From positions 1 through 59,099 of IMG/VR virus record IMGVR_UViG_3300036799_000025: DNA of 59,099 bases. One strand, written 5' to 3'. Position 1 is the stretch's first letter, and each line of letters opens with the position of its first letter. Made by a program: the position numbers and the translations under genes. The DNA is from a virus. Taxonomy: Duplodnaviria > Caudoviricetes. The notes below the pieces were generated by a model. It ran no database searches, was not told the origin of the DNA, and worked only from the letters and a program-made list of their open reading frames with translations. This document shows positions 18,830 to 28,440 of this stretch, in pieces.

Positions 18830-18907
18830 TGCTCGACTCTCTCTCGATAGGATGCCTCTCGCGCTGCGCGCCCTGCGCTCACAGTCGCGTCGTACAGTCA
18901 GAAAGTA

Positions 18908-19324
18908 CTAAATCGACAGGCCAGTGCCAACGTCGACAGGGTCTGTCAGGACGTCACACTCATACGAGACGGGCTGCAGCGTCGACGGGTCAGCCGTGAC
19001 GTCGTACGTCTTTGCATGAATGCGCACGAGATACTCTTCGCCGTTAGTGCCGTCAGGCAGCAGCCGCACCTTCACGGCGATCTCTGTCTTCTCTGCGAGA
19101 CGCAGACGCACCTGCCCTGCGTCGTCGCCGTTCAGAAAGCCTTGCAGCGAGACGGCACGCGTCGCACGCGCGTAGGAGCGCTGCGCCGGGTTCTGAAAGA
19201 CCGCGTACGTCGTGCGATCGCGCTGCGTCTGCACCTGCACGCGATTGAGATCAGCGATCTCAATGAACGTACCGGCGACTGCTGTCTCGACGAGAATCAG
19301 CAGCTCTTCGCCTGCGAAAACCAT
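18908..19324 (-). CDS. Tail tube protein paralogue B
   Basis: Alignable along its length with 19324-19746; upstream of the chaperone. Confidence 0.7.
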   Translation of the reverse strand: MVFAGEELLILVETAVAGTFIEIADLNRVQVQTQRDRTTYAVFQNPAQRSYARATRAVSLQGFLNGDDAGQVRLRLAEKTEIAVKVRLLPDGTNGEEYLVRIHAKTYDVTADPSTLQPVSYECDVLTDPVDVGTGLSI

Positions 19325-19746
19325 TAGACAAGGATGCCGCTCCCGATCGGCGTCTCGTCATTCGTAGCTTCGCAATCGAAGGTGACCGTTTGCAGCGACG
19401 CTTCGTCTGCCGTCGCTTCGCCGCCGTCCGTGCCGACGAGAATCGCGACTTGAAAGCCGTTCACGCCATCAGGCAGCACGCGGATATTGATCTCGGCGTT
19501 ACTGTCTGACGCGTCACGCAGCGCCTGCTGGCCTGCGTCGGTATCGTTGAAATACCCTGACAGCGTGAACGTCTTCGCGCGCTCGCCGGTCGTCTCGTGC
19601 GCGGGCCCGCCGAAGACTGGAATACGATTCGCCGGTCGCGTATTGCTCGACGAGTAGCGATCGAGATCAGCGACCGTGATGAATGTACCGGGGGCGTCAG
19701 GATCTTCGACCTGCACGAGCAGATCTTCGCCAACAAAGACACTCAT
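19324..19746 (-). CDS. Tail tube protein paralogue A
   Basis: GEDLLVQV..TFTLSGYFNDTDAGQQALRDA. Confidence 0.75.
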   Translation of the reverse strand: MSVFVGEDLLVQVEDPDAPGTFITVADLDRYSSSNTRPANRIPVFGGPAHETTGERAKTFTLSGYFNDTDAGQQALRDASDSNAEINIRVLPDGVNGFQVAILVGTDGGEATADEASLQTVTFDCEATNDETPIGSGILV

Positions 19747-19750
19747 GATG

Positions 19751-20002
19751 CTACCCTCGCCGCTTAGGTCTGATCACTTCGACGGTCGTACGCGGGAACA
19801 CGCGCCCGTCGATCTTCACGCCGCTCTCGACACGCGTACGCGTGTCGCGTGCACTCTGTGGCGTCGCGATCGCGCTGACAGACGGCGCTGACGCAGTCTG
19901 CGCCTGCTGCTGCTGCTCGCTGCTCGTCGTGCGCGCCTGCTTGGGCTCGTGATGACTCAGCGGGTGCGGCTTCTCGGTGCTACGTCGCTTGCTCGTCGCC
20001 AT
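19751..20002 (-). CDS. Hypothetical low-complexity protein
   Basis: AGGAG RBS, MATSKRR start. Confidence 0.5.
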   Translation of the reverse strand: MATSKRRSTEKPHPLSHHEPKQARTTSSEQQQQAQTASAPSVSAIATPQSARDTRTRVESGVKIDGRVFPRTTVEVIRPKRRG

Positions 20003-20264
20003 GACTCTGCTCCTGTGTGCGTCGTCTGCTGCCAAAGGTCGCCGGTCGCTTCGGCTGCGCTGCCTCTTGCGCTGCCTTCCTGCGCTGCTCTGCCATCTCG
20101 CGCGCGCTGTCGAGCTGCGCACGCAGAAGCTGCACCGTCCTGATCGCGCTCTTACAGCTCTCGATCGTCGCACTGAGCTGCTGCTCGACAACGTCGAGTG
20201 ACGTCACGCGCGTCGCGAGCTGCTGATCGTCGAGCTGCTGATCGTGCTGTGGCTCGTTACTCAT
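19980..20264 (-). CDS. Hypothetical coiled-coil protein
   Basis: Coupled to the tail terminator gene. Confidence 0.5.
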   Translation of the reverse strand: MSNEPQHDQQLDDQQLATRVTSLDVVEQQLSATIESCKSAIRTVQLLRAQLDSAREMAEQRRKAAQEAAQPKRPATFGSRRRTQEQSHGDEQAT

Positions 20265-20710
20265 CGCTGATAGGACCGAGGCGTGATGAGAACCTGCGTA
20301 TGTTGCGCTCTGACGTTCACGTCAGGCATATCGATGACTAGCTCGACGACGCACGTGACGACGTCGTGATCAGGCAGTGCGACCGTCTTGCCGTGAAAGA
20401 GGCGACGCAGATGCCTGTAGATCGCGAGCCCCTGCATGTTGCCGAATTCTGTGCGATCGGTCCAGATATCAGGACGCACCTGACCGAGCACGCCGTACTT
20501 GTCGAAGGTGCTGATCCCGTTGTCAGCTTCCTGTGTGAGCCCGAGCGTGACGTACGGGTACGGCGTCCCTTGCGGCGCTTCGCTCGCAAAGATGCGCGCC
20601 TGATCGCCGACGCCGAGCAGTGCGCTGAGCTGCGCGTCAGCCGCGCAGGCGTCGACGAAGTAGACCTGAAAGTCACTCGCGGCGCTGAGCGCATCGCCTT
20701 TGATGCTCAT
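20261..20710 (-). CDS. Tail terminator (DUF3168-like)
   Basis: APQGTPYPYVTLG..DIW. Confidence 0.8.
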   Translation of the reverse strand: MSIKGDALSAASDFQVYFVDACAADAQLSALLGVGDQARIFASEAPQGTPYPYVTLGLTQEADNGISTFDKYGVLGQVRPDIWTDRTEFGNMQGLAIYRHLRRLFHGKTVALPDHDVVTCVVELVIDMPDVNVRAQHTQVLITPRSYQR

Positions 20711-21120
20711 GCGCGACCTGCTCTGCGATCGATCGCCGCGCTGATCAAGTCACTGAGATCTTGCTCGAATTGCGGCGCGACTTCGTCATACGCAGGCCAG
20801 ATCGTCGGCTGTGCAGGCATGCGCGACGTGCCTAGCTCGACAAACGGCGGGTAAAACTGCAGACCTGCTGACTCGAAGTCTTCCGCTTCCCACCCGATCG
20901 AGACAGCGTAGCCGCGCTCAGTCACGCGCTTCTTGATGTGATCGCGCATGAAGCCCGTATCGACAGGCGAGATGCCTTGCGCGACTTCGACCATCGCGTC
21001 GCCTGCACTCTCGACCAGTCGCAGCGCTTCGCTCTGAATCTCTTCGTCTGCCGCGTAGAAATTCGCGACAAGCGCCGAGAGCTGCGACGTATCGAAGGTG
21101 AGAAAAGAGCTGCGCGCCAT
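20707..21120 (-). CDS. HK97 gp10-like tail completion protein
   Basis: SPVDTGFMRDHI; FVELGTSRMPAQP. Confidence 0.85.
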   Translation of the reverse strand: MARSSFLTFDTSQLSALVANFYAADEEIQSEALRLVESAGDAMVEVAQGISPVDTGFMRDHIKKRVTERGYAVSIGWEAEDFESAGLQFYPPFVELGTSRMPAQPTIWPAYDEVAPQFEQDLSDLISAAIDRRAGRA

Positions 21121-21128
21121 GCTCGACG

Positions 21129-21437
21129 TCAGTCCTTCGCGCTGTGCTTCGCTTCCGCTTTGCGCGCAGCGATCACGGCAGGATGCTCTTCGACGCGCGA
21201 GTGACTCACGAGCACGTACGTCTCAGACTCGTCGAGCGTCGACGCGTCATCGTCAGGATGCAGAAAGCGGTGCATGCTGTTGTCCGTGAGCGACCACTCG
21301 TGCGCGACGTCGCCGCGATCAGGGAAGATCTGCGCGGCTGCGTCGTGCGCGACGTCGCCGATCGTCGCGCCTGCCTTTGCGCTGATCTCGCGCGTCGGGT
21401 GATTCCAGTCGCCCGCCTGTCTCACTGTGATCTTCAT
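21129..21437 (-). CDS. Hypothetical protein, possible beta-grasp (ubiquitin-like) fold
   Basis: MKITV..TIGDV..WSL..LHPD..ETYVLV. Confidence 0.4.
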   Translation of the reverse strand: MKITVRQAGDWNHPTREISAKAGATIGDVAHDAAAQIFPDRGDVAHEWSLTDNSMHRFLHPDDDASTLDESETYVLVSHSRVEEHPAVIAARKAEAKHSAKD

Positions 21438-21442
21438 AGCAC

Positions 21443-23317
21443 TCACCATCCCTTCGCGATGATCTTGTCGTGAATGATACCTGCGATCACGCCCATTCCG
21501 GCAGGCGTTTGGTGCAGGCCGTCAGTGAAGTATGTCACATCGTTCGTTGCGAGACGCGCGTCGAGATCTGTGCGCGCGACAGCGAAGTTCGATGAATGCG
21601 CCGTCTCGAAGGCAAGCAGCCCGTTGAGCCATTCGGTGCGGAACGGGTCAACGATCGGGAAGAACGGCGCGCAGACGACGACGCGCTTATTATCGGCGAC
21701 CGCCGCCGCAAACTCGATCGCGAGCTGCGCGAGCGCGACGTCTGCACTCGCGACGGTGTTGCCGAAGCCGTTGCCTGTGCCAGGACCGTTCACGTCATTG
21801 ACGTCGAGTAAGTAGACGTGAATGTCAGGTCCGGCGCGATGCGTATCGGCGTCGTTCGCTGCGCGCTGACGCCAAAACTCAGGCGTGTACACACGCGCAG
21901 CGATATTCGCGCGATCGTGCCAACTATCGCCCTCGATACCACGGTTCTGTGTGTGATAGACGCCTGGCGCTGTCGCGTCGAGCAGCGCCTGGAGCTGCAC
22001 GCTGATCGGATCCGTATTGAAATTCGATGCGCCGTTACCCCACATGCGCGAGTCGCCGTCGCAGGTGACGCCCTTCGCGCCTGCCGTATTCGTCGTCACG
22101 CAGCCGAGGCGGGTGCCGAAGCGCTCTAGTGCTGCCATATGCACGCGCGAGAGCGACTGATCGAGCAGCGCATCGAGCTTGATCAGCGCTGCGCCGCGCA
22201 GGATGCCTTCGGTGACTGCGCCGCCGAGAATGATCTGATACGTGCCTGCAATCGGCGGCGTGTACTCGTTCAGGCCTGACGCAAACATGAGCACGCGCTC
22301 ATTCCCTGGCGACTCCGCGCTATGAAACGGGAACGAACCCTCGAAGCCAGACGCTGCGATCACCGGCTTCTTGATGCTGATGACGCGCGTGCGGGCCGCG
22401 ACGCCTGCCACGTTCGGCATGACACGCATGCCTGAAGGGTAGCCTCCTGAGTACGCGTGCGTCGCATCAGCCTGCAGCAGCAGATCAAACGTCGCATGAC
22501 CGAATGCGCCAATGAGCCCGACGCCGCGCAGGCCATCGCTGTGCACGATACGCACAGCGTACGAGCCTTCACCTGCATTGAACCCGCCCCATACGACGAG
22601 CGCGAGCGCCTGCCCGTTGAGACTGTAGCGCGCGTCGAGCGCTGTGCCGAGACGTGTCTGCGTTGGCTGCCCGAGCGTGAAGAGCGCCTGCTTGTTTGCG
22701 GCGTCCCATCCTGGCTTGTGTGAGCCGAGCGAGCCGTCTGCGAGCGCGCCGATCATCGGCAGGCCAACGCCTGCACCGCGCGCATCGTCGACGCTATCGA
22801 TCTGCGTCGTGCCGTTGACGTGCACTGAGCTGACCTTCGAGAGATCCCACACGCCGACGAGGTTCTCATCGCCGAAGGTGTTCTGCAGATCGAGCACGCT
22901 GCCGTCTTGCGACAGATCGATCTTCGTCGGGCGCACCGCGCTGCGCACTTCGTACGAGATCGTCTGCAGCTCACCAGGCGCAGGCGTGCCGTCGTGTGTG
23001 ATCGTCGCGACGCGCACCGTCGCCTGATTGAAGATCGTCGAGCTGCCCTCTTCAGACCACCGAATGCGGATATCCGTATTCGTGCGCTCTGCAGCGAGCA
23101 GTGCGGCCTGCCCAGGATCTGCATAGTTCAGCAGACCGGCGAGCGTGAAGGTGAAGTCGGTCGCTGACGCCGCGCGATACGTCTTTCTGAAAACGCGCGT
23201 ACGCGTGATCGTCACGTTATTCGACTTCGTGACGCGAGTCAGATCAGCGCACTCTGTAAAGACGTTCGGCGCTGTCTCGACTTCGATCAGAAATAGCCCG
23301 CCACCGAGTACCGTCAT
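21443..23317 (-). CDS. Tail tube domain fused to a beta-sandwich and an SGNH/GDSL hydrolase
   Basis: N-terminal ~125 aa match the tube paralogues; C-terminal GDS, NRGIEG, DVND, DGLH blocks. Confidence 0.8.
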   Translation of the reverse strand: MTVLGGGLFLIEVETAPNVFTECADLTRVTKSNNVTITRTRVFRKTYRAASATDFTFTLAGLLNYADPGQAALLAAERTNTDIRIRWSEEGSSTIFNQATVRVATITHDGTPAPGELQTISYEVRSAVRPTKIDLSQDGSVLDLQNTFGDENLVGVWDLSKVSSVHVNGTTQIDSVDDARGAGVGLPMIGALADGSLGSHKPGWDAANKQALFTLGQPTQTRLGTALDARYSLNGQALALVVWGGFNAGEGSYAVRIVHSDGLRGVGLIGAFGHATFDLLLQADATHAYSGGYPSGMRVMPNVAGVAARTRVISIKKPVIAASGFEGSFPFHSAESPGNERVLMFASGLNEYTPPIAGTYQIILGGAVTEGILRGAALIKLDALLDQSLSRVHMAALERFGTRLGCVTTNTAGAKGVTCDGDSRMWGNGASNFNTDPISVQLQALLDATAPGVYHTQNRGIEGDSWHDRANIAARVYTPEFWRQRAANDADTHRAGPDIHVYLLDVNDVNGPGTGNGFGNTVASADVALAQLAIEFAAAVADNKRVVVCAPFFPIVDPFRTEWLNGLLAFETAHSSNFAVARTDLDARLATNDVTYFTDGLHQTPAGMGVIAGIIHDKIIAKGW

Positions 23318-23335
23318 CGTCAGTATCCTCTCATC

Positions 23336-23767
23336 TCACAGTGTCGCGGTGACCGCGCTCGGCACGCACAGCGCGCGTCGCTGCGTCTGATAACTTCGCG
23401 TCGGCTCGACGCCGATCACGTCGAGCTGCTTCGTCCAAGTACTGCCGTGCGTCTCGCCATCGATGACGAGCTTCGTTCTGATCGTGAGCTGCTGCTCGCT
23501 CACGTCGTCGACAGCGAAGGCGACGACCGAGATCGGCTGCTGCTCGAATTGTTGCGCATTGAGTCGTGCGAGCGTGTCCGCAGTCGCCTGCTGCACGCGA
23601 CAGCTCACGGCAGGCACGCTCGCGACGTCAGGATACACGTAGCTCGTCACGCCGCCAGGACCACGCGTCAGCACAGGCGTGAGCACGCGCGCGAGATGCG
23701 GCAAGCTCGCATCGCTGAGCTGCCTGAGATCAGCGAGATCGCTCGACGAGAGAATCGGCTCGCTCAT
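23336..23767 (-). CDS. Head closure/stopper protein
   Basis: Position and RGPGG..VSCRV motif. Confidence 0.6.
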   Translation of the reverse strand: MSEPILSSSDLADLRQLSDASLPHLARVLTPVLTRGPGGVTSYVYPDVASVPAVSCRVQQATADTLARLNAQQFEQQPISVVAFAVDDVSEQQLTIRTKLVIDGETHGSTWTKQLDVIGVEPTRSYQTQRRALCVPSAVTATL

Positions 23768-23774
23768 CGTCGCG

Positions 23775-24191
23775 TCACCAGACTGGCCTGATCGGCTGCG
23801 CGCCGCCGTGCGCGACCTTCGTTGCTTCGACGTCGACGATCAGGCCTGCTTCGCTCAACGCCGTGTCGTACGCGAGCAGCGCCCCGTCGCGCTTATTCTT
23901 GAATGCTTCGATCTGTGACGCGAGATGCGACGCGGACGCTTCGCCTGCGATCGACTTCGTCGCATGCGCGCGACTCATCAGCAGATAGATCGCGTCATAC
24001 GCGCGATAGTAGGCCCACGAGCGCGCCGCGTCGTCCTGCAGCGCTGCAGTGTCAATCGCTGCAGTGCGACTGTAGCCGTCGTCGAGATACGCCTGCAGGC
24101 GTAGCGAGAGCGCTGCTGCGTCGTCAGTCGGGAAAAAGGCGTTCTCGATCTCGCCGACTGGCGCGATCAGATCCTCAGCGAGATACAGCAT
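23775..24191 (-). CDS. Head-tail adaptor
   Basis: Helical ~140-aa protein between capsid and neck genes. Confidence 0.6.
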   Translation of the reverse strand: MLYLAEDLIAPVGEIENAFFPTDDAAALSLRLQAYLDDGYSRTAAIDTAALQDDAARSWAYYRAYDAIYLLMSRAHATKSIAGEASASHLASQIEAFKNKRDGALLAYDTALSEAGLIVDVEATKVAHGGAQPIRPVW

Positions 24192-24205
24192 CGTCGCTTA
24201 GCGAG

Positions 24206-24502
24206 TCAGCGAGAGCGAGTGCCGCCGCGCTTGCCGACGCTGCCAAACGTCGGTCGCGTGACCTGCGAGTTACCACCTTGCGCGTGATGCGAGCCGCCGC
24301 CTGGCTGGCCTGAGTGCATGTGATTGAGGCGCTGCGTGCCGACTGCGCCCGGTGCGCGCGCCTTGCCTTCAGTCTGCGTGCGCGGCTGCTGAGAGCTGAC
24401 GCCGCGTGCGGTCGAGTTACCTGCGCCGCGCGCACGATTCGCAGGCGAGTCGACTGCATTGCCTGCTGCGCCGAAGGTGTCTGTCATGATGCGTCGTGCC
24501 AT
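24206..24502 (-). CDS. Small basic G/R/S-rich disordered protein
   Basis: GAGG RBS; composition. Confidence 0.6.
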   Translation of the reverse strand: MARRIMTDTFGAAGNAVDSPANRARGAGNSTARGVSSQQPRTQTEGKARAPGAVGTQRLNHMHSGQPGGGSHHAQGGNSQVTRPTFGSVGKRGGTRSR

Positions 24503-24585
24503 ATCGCGCCTCGCGTGAAAGAGAAGCGGCGACGTCGTGACTCACCTGCACACGCGACGTCGCCGCACTGAATGCTCCGTGCTGC

Positions 24586-25422
24586 TTACTCGTCGTCGCT
24601 GCTGTCGCTCGCGCTCGCGCGCTTCGACGCTGAGCGCTTCGTGCCACGCTTCGCGCTGCTGCGCTTCGAGCCGGAGCGCTTCGACGCTGAGCGCTTCCTC
24701 GCAGGGCCGGTCTTCTCTTCTTTGATCGGCTCGCCGCCTTCGGTCTGATACGCGCCGCCGTGCGCCTCAGACGACTCGTGCGTCTCGCTGTCGCCTGCGA
24801 AGCGCTTGAATGCGCTCGCTGCCTCTTCGCCTTCGCCACCCTTGCCACGCGCGGCGCGCTCGTCGTCAGCGATGCCCTGCGCGTGCTCTGAGATGCGCAG
24901 TGCGACGTCGTTCGGGTTCTGCCCCTGATCGCGTGCGATCGAGTCCCGCTCGACTTCTGCGCGGTGCACGTCCTGTGTGAGCTGCGTGCGCTGTGCAGGC
25001 GAGAAGCTGCGCTGTCCTGGCAGCGCATGGTGCTGCGTGTCTTCGTCGAGCAGCGGCGAGTCGCCGACGACGGCATTGAGACGACCGCCCTGTCGATCTG
25101 CGCCCGTCGCGCGACCTGCGAGCTGCGTGCGCTCGATCGGCTCGACGTCAAACTCTTCGCCTTTCGCGTACGAGACGTCAGGCGCAGGCATCGCGTGCAC
25201 GTGACGCGTCCCAAACTCGGCGAGCTGCTCGATCGTGTCCTTCAGCGGCACGCCCGTTCCATCCGTCGCGATGTACTCCGGTCGCAGTGAGAGCGTGTAC
25301 GCCACGCGTGGCGGCACGTCGACGAGCCCCGGCCCGTAGGTCACGACGCCGCCGTCTTCGTCTCTGATCGTGAGATCGCGGATCATGTTGACCCGCACTG
25401 TCTTTTGCGTCTGCTCAGGCAT
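24586..25422 (-). CDS. Capsid-adjacent protein with a KRS-repeat basic tail
   Basis: YGPGLVDVP N-terminal domain; RKRSASKRSGSKRSSAKRGTKRSASKR. Confidence 0.65.
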   Translation of the reverse strand: MPEQTQKTVRVNMIRDLTIRDEDGGVVTYGPGLVDVPPRVAYTLSLRPEYIATDGTGVPLKDTIEQLAEFGTRHVHAMPAPDVSYAKGEEFDVEPIERTQLAGRATGADRQGGRLNAVVGDSPLLDEDTQHHALPGQRSFSPAQRTQLTQDVHRAEVERDSIARDQGQNPNDVALRISEHAQGIADDERAARGKGGEGEEAASAFKRFAGDSETHESSEAHGGAYQTEGGEPIKEEKTGPARKRSASKRSGSKRSSAKRGTKRSASKRASASDSSDDE

Positions 25423-25579
25423 CGTGCGAATCCTCGGGCACGAGTGGAATTGATCAATCAGTGAACGCTAATTACTCCTGCGCGCTCGCTGCAGGCCGTG
25501 TGTGCGTACGGTGTCGCGTCCGACGAGCCGTGTATGCACTCAGAGGGATCCTGCAGCGCGCGTGCTTCGCAGGCAATCG

Positions 25580-26680
25580 TTACGCAGTCGACGCGACTGC
25601 GATCTTGTCCGGTGCTTCGATGACTGGCATGCCGTTCATCGCGCCACGACCGCGTAGCTCCCACGGCGCGGCTTCCGGCGTGTAGAGCTGCGCCCAACGT
25701 CCTGGCCTGCCGCCGCCTTCGACCGTCGGCCCGAGATGCGTGTAGCCGATCGGGTTGTCGCGGTTCGGGTCGTCCGTCGAGCCTTCGCCGACGCGGTAGC
25801 CAGTGCGATTATTGTTGCCAATCGCGACGAGCTTGTTGCGCTGACAGAACGGCACAATGATCGTCGACGTCGGGTCGGCAGGGTTCAGGATCTCGCCCTC
25901 GCGATCGTACTTCACGATCTGCACGATATCAGCGACGTCATTCGTGAAGGCACCTGTCGCAGGCACGATCTTTCTGAACGTCAAGCCGCCTGCGTCTTCC
26001 TGCACCGCGACCGCGTTATTCGCCGGGTTGTAGCGAATGCGATCGACCGTGTCAGGATGCGCGACGATCGCGCGCAGGTTGCCGCGCAGACGCTGTCTGA
26101 GCAGTACGATATCGGCCCAAAACTTCGACGTCGTGCCGTCATAGACGTCTGTGCCGGTGCGCTGCGCAAGGATGTTCGCAGCAGGCACGCCGTACGAGAC
26201 GACGAGACTCTTGCCGTTGTACGTCCAATTGATCGCGCCGGTCGTGAGTGCTTGACCGCGCAGCCATTCCATCGAGTCGATCAGCGGCTGCACGACGAGC
26301 TTCTGCAGGAAGTTCAGCGCTTCGTTCATGATGATCTCGTTTGTCGGCGTGCCGCTCACCTGAAGCTGCATGAGCATTTGCTGAAGCTGCCTGACAACCT
26401 CTTCCTTCAGCGGCACTTCGATCGCGATCTTCGCGAGCTGCTCTAGGAACGTCGAGACGCTGACGTAACCTCCGGGCGGGTACGGCGAGTCCATGCCGAC
26501 GAGTCCTGCCATCGTCGCGTGCACGGTCATGTTACCGCTATTCGCGATGTACGACCACACTGGCGTCTCTGGGAGAATTGCTTCCCACAGATAGTCTCCG
26601 GGCGGTCGTGTCGCGTTTGCGATGCGGAACGCAGCATTCGGCGTGAGCTGCGCAAGCACCGCCGCAAAATTGAGGAACAT
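25580..26680 (-). CDS. Major capsid protein (lambda gpE-like)
   Basis: EWLRGQALTTGAI..VSYGVP; follows decoration and scaffold genes. Confidence 0.85.
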   Translation of the reverse strand: MFLNFAAVLAQLTPNAAFRIANATRPPGDYLWEAILPETPVWSYIANSGNMTVHATMAGLVGMDSPYPPGGYVSVSTFLEQLAKIAIEVPLKEEVVRQLQQMLMQLQVSGTPTNEIIMNEALNFLQKLVVQPLIDSMEWLRGQALTTGAINWTYNGKSLVVSYGVPAANILAQRTGTDVYDGTTSKFWADIVLLRQRLRGNLRAIVAHPDTVDRIRYNPANNAVAVQEDAGGLTFRKIVPATGAFTNDVADIVQIVKYDREGEILNPADPTSTIIVPFCQRNKLVAIGNNNRTGYRVGEGSTDDPNRDNPIGYTHLGPTVEGGGRPGRWAQLYTPEAAPWELRGRGAMNGMPVIEAPDKIAVASTA

Positions 26681-26736
26681 GAGCTAGGCTCCTGTGCGGG
26701 TTGAGTGATTGCTGACTGAGCGAGAAGGCTCAGCGC

Positions 26737-27159
26737 TCACGTGCGGTTGTCTGCGTACTGCTGGAATTTGAACGTGCAGCCTGCGCTCGCCATCTCCGTC
26801 TTGAACGCAGCAGGCAACACCTTCGGTGCGCCTGTCGAATCAGGCAGCAGGTTCTCGTACACGACGCCACCGAGATAGACCTGATACGCGCCGTAGCCTG
26901 CAGCGCGATCGCCTTCGATCGCGGTCGTCGCGAGAATGCCGATCGCCGGATTCGTTGTCAGGACGCGAGGCGACACCTTGCCTGCGCCGAGCAGCGAGCC
27001 GACGACGGTGCCAGCAGGCAGCACGTGCTTGCCTGTCGATGCGTCGAGATAGCCTGCGCCGACGTTCGTCCAATCGATCTGATATCCGTATGATCGATCG
27101 ACGGAATTCTGATCGGCGACGAAGTCAGCGCGGCTGATCGTGTAAGTGGTGCGCCCCAT
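26737..27159 (-). CDS. Head decoration protein (gpD-like)
   Basis: VLPAGTVVG..AIGIL..GVVYENLLP. Confidence 0.75.
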   Translation of the reverse strand: MGRTTYTISRADFVADQNSVDRSYGYQIDWTNVGAGYLDASTGKHVLPAGTVVGSLLGAGKVSPRVLTTNPAIGILATTAIEGDRAAGYGAYQVYLGGVVYENLLPDSTGAPKVLPAAFKTEMASAGCTFKFQQYADNRT

Positions 27160-27290
27160 GTGAGAGACTCCGCTCGTAATAGTGTGGCAAGGCTCGTCGC
27201 TGCGATGTCACTGCAGCGAGATCGACCTGCACGCGTGCGTTATAACCCCGGTGTTACAAACTCGCGAATCTCAATCGCGCAGCGTGTCGC

Positions 27291-28292
27291 CTAGCGAGTC
27301 GCACCGGACGCGTTCCCACTACCACTGTTAGCAGTCCCTGACTGCGGACGTCGGAAGGGGTTCGGCCGCTCTGCAGCAGCCTTATTTGAGCGCTCGATGA
27401 ATTTGTCGACTAGGCCAACACCAGCAGACGACGAGTCGCCACTGCTGCTGCCTTGCTCAACAGGAAACGGAATCGACGAGAAGACGTTGCCATTGGCAGG
27501 CGCTGTCGTCGACGAAGAGCTGCTCGCACTGCTGCCTGGAGCAGTGCTTCCTGCTGCGCCGTTCCCGTTGGTGCTCTGCGCCCCTGTCGCAGGCACGACT
27601 TTCAACGCGGGCAGGAAGTTTTTTAAGCTCGCATCACGCGCGACGAGCTCGTCGAGCTTCTCCCAGGCAGCGCTCGCATCGCCCGCCTTGCGAACGTACG
27701 GTCGCTTCTGAGAGATCTCTTTGCCGTTCTCGACGAGTACAACGTCACGCAGCTCGATGTCGAGCTTGTTCGTGTCGAGCAGCGGGGCGAGGACATCAGC
27801 ATTCCACTTCAGCGAAGCCGCCGCGCTGTCTTGTGCCTTGCGCCGATCGGCCTGCTGCTGACGCTCTTTCAGCTCGCCCGCCTCTTTCACGCGCGGTGCC
27901 ACTTCGGTCACCGGCACGTTGAGAGCTTTGATCGCTTGCCATGCCTTCAGATCGTCGCCAGTCAGTACGAGCGCGCCGTCAGGAACCTGCTTCGCACGCA
28001 GGCCCTCGATCTCTTGCGAGCGTGCGCGTTCACGATCGCGGAAATCGTAATTCTCGCCGCTGAGTACGCGCAGCGCTTCACGCTCGCTGCCGTATCGATG
28101 CACGAGACGGTCGACAATGTCGAGCGCGCCTTGCGTCCGACTCTCGTACTGCCCACTCGCTGAGCTACTGCCTGACGAGCCAGTGCCTGACGAGCTGCTG
28201 CTGCCCCCTGAGCTGCTGCCTGACGATGATCCACCACCTGAAGCGCCGCCCGTGCTGTCCTTAGGATCGAAGAGCATGCAGCGAAACTTCAT
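27291..28292 (-). CDS. Capsid scaffolding protein
   Basis: G/S-rich N-terminus, coiled coil, position. Confidence 0.7.
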   Translation of the reverse strand: MKFRCMLFDPKDSTGGASGGGSSSGSSSGGSSSSSGTGSSGSSSASGQYESRTQGALDIVDRLVHRYGSEREALRVLSGENYDFRDRERARSQEIEGLRAKQVPDGALVLTGDDLKAWQAIKALNVPVTEVAPRVKEAGELKERQQQADRRKAQDSAAASLKWNADVLAPLLDTNKLDIELRDVVLVENGKEISQKRPYVRKAGDASAAWEKLDELVARDASLKNFLPALKVVPATGAQSTNGNGAAGSTAPGSSASSSSSTTAPANGNVFSSIPFPVEQGSSSGDSSSAGVGLVDKFIERSNKAAAERPNPFRRPQSGTANSGSGNASGATR

Positions 28293-28410
28293 GAGTGGCC
28301 TCTGACGTCCCTGACGTCACGAGTAAAGGTCTGTCGAGCGATCACGAGCGGCAGCGCACCTTGCGTCTGCAACCCGTCGGCGCATGCGCGCCCTTAGAGC
28401 TACCCTGCCG

Positions 28411-28440
28411 AGTGTATCGTATGCGCTTGCGCCGCGCAAG
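28411..28440 (-). promoter_or_regulatory. Promoter P4 with palindrome variant
   Basis: TTGCGC-N17-TACACT; CTTGCG-CGG-CGCAAG. Confidence 0.65.

Noticed and set aside
27291-28292. Ser/Gly CTG-rich tracts in the scaffold gene as DNA repeats
   Set aside because: Explained by low-complexity linker coding
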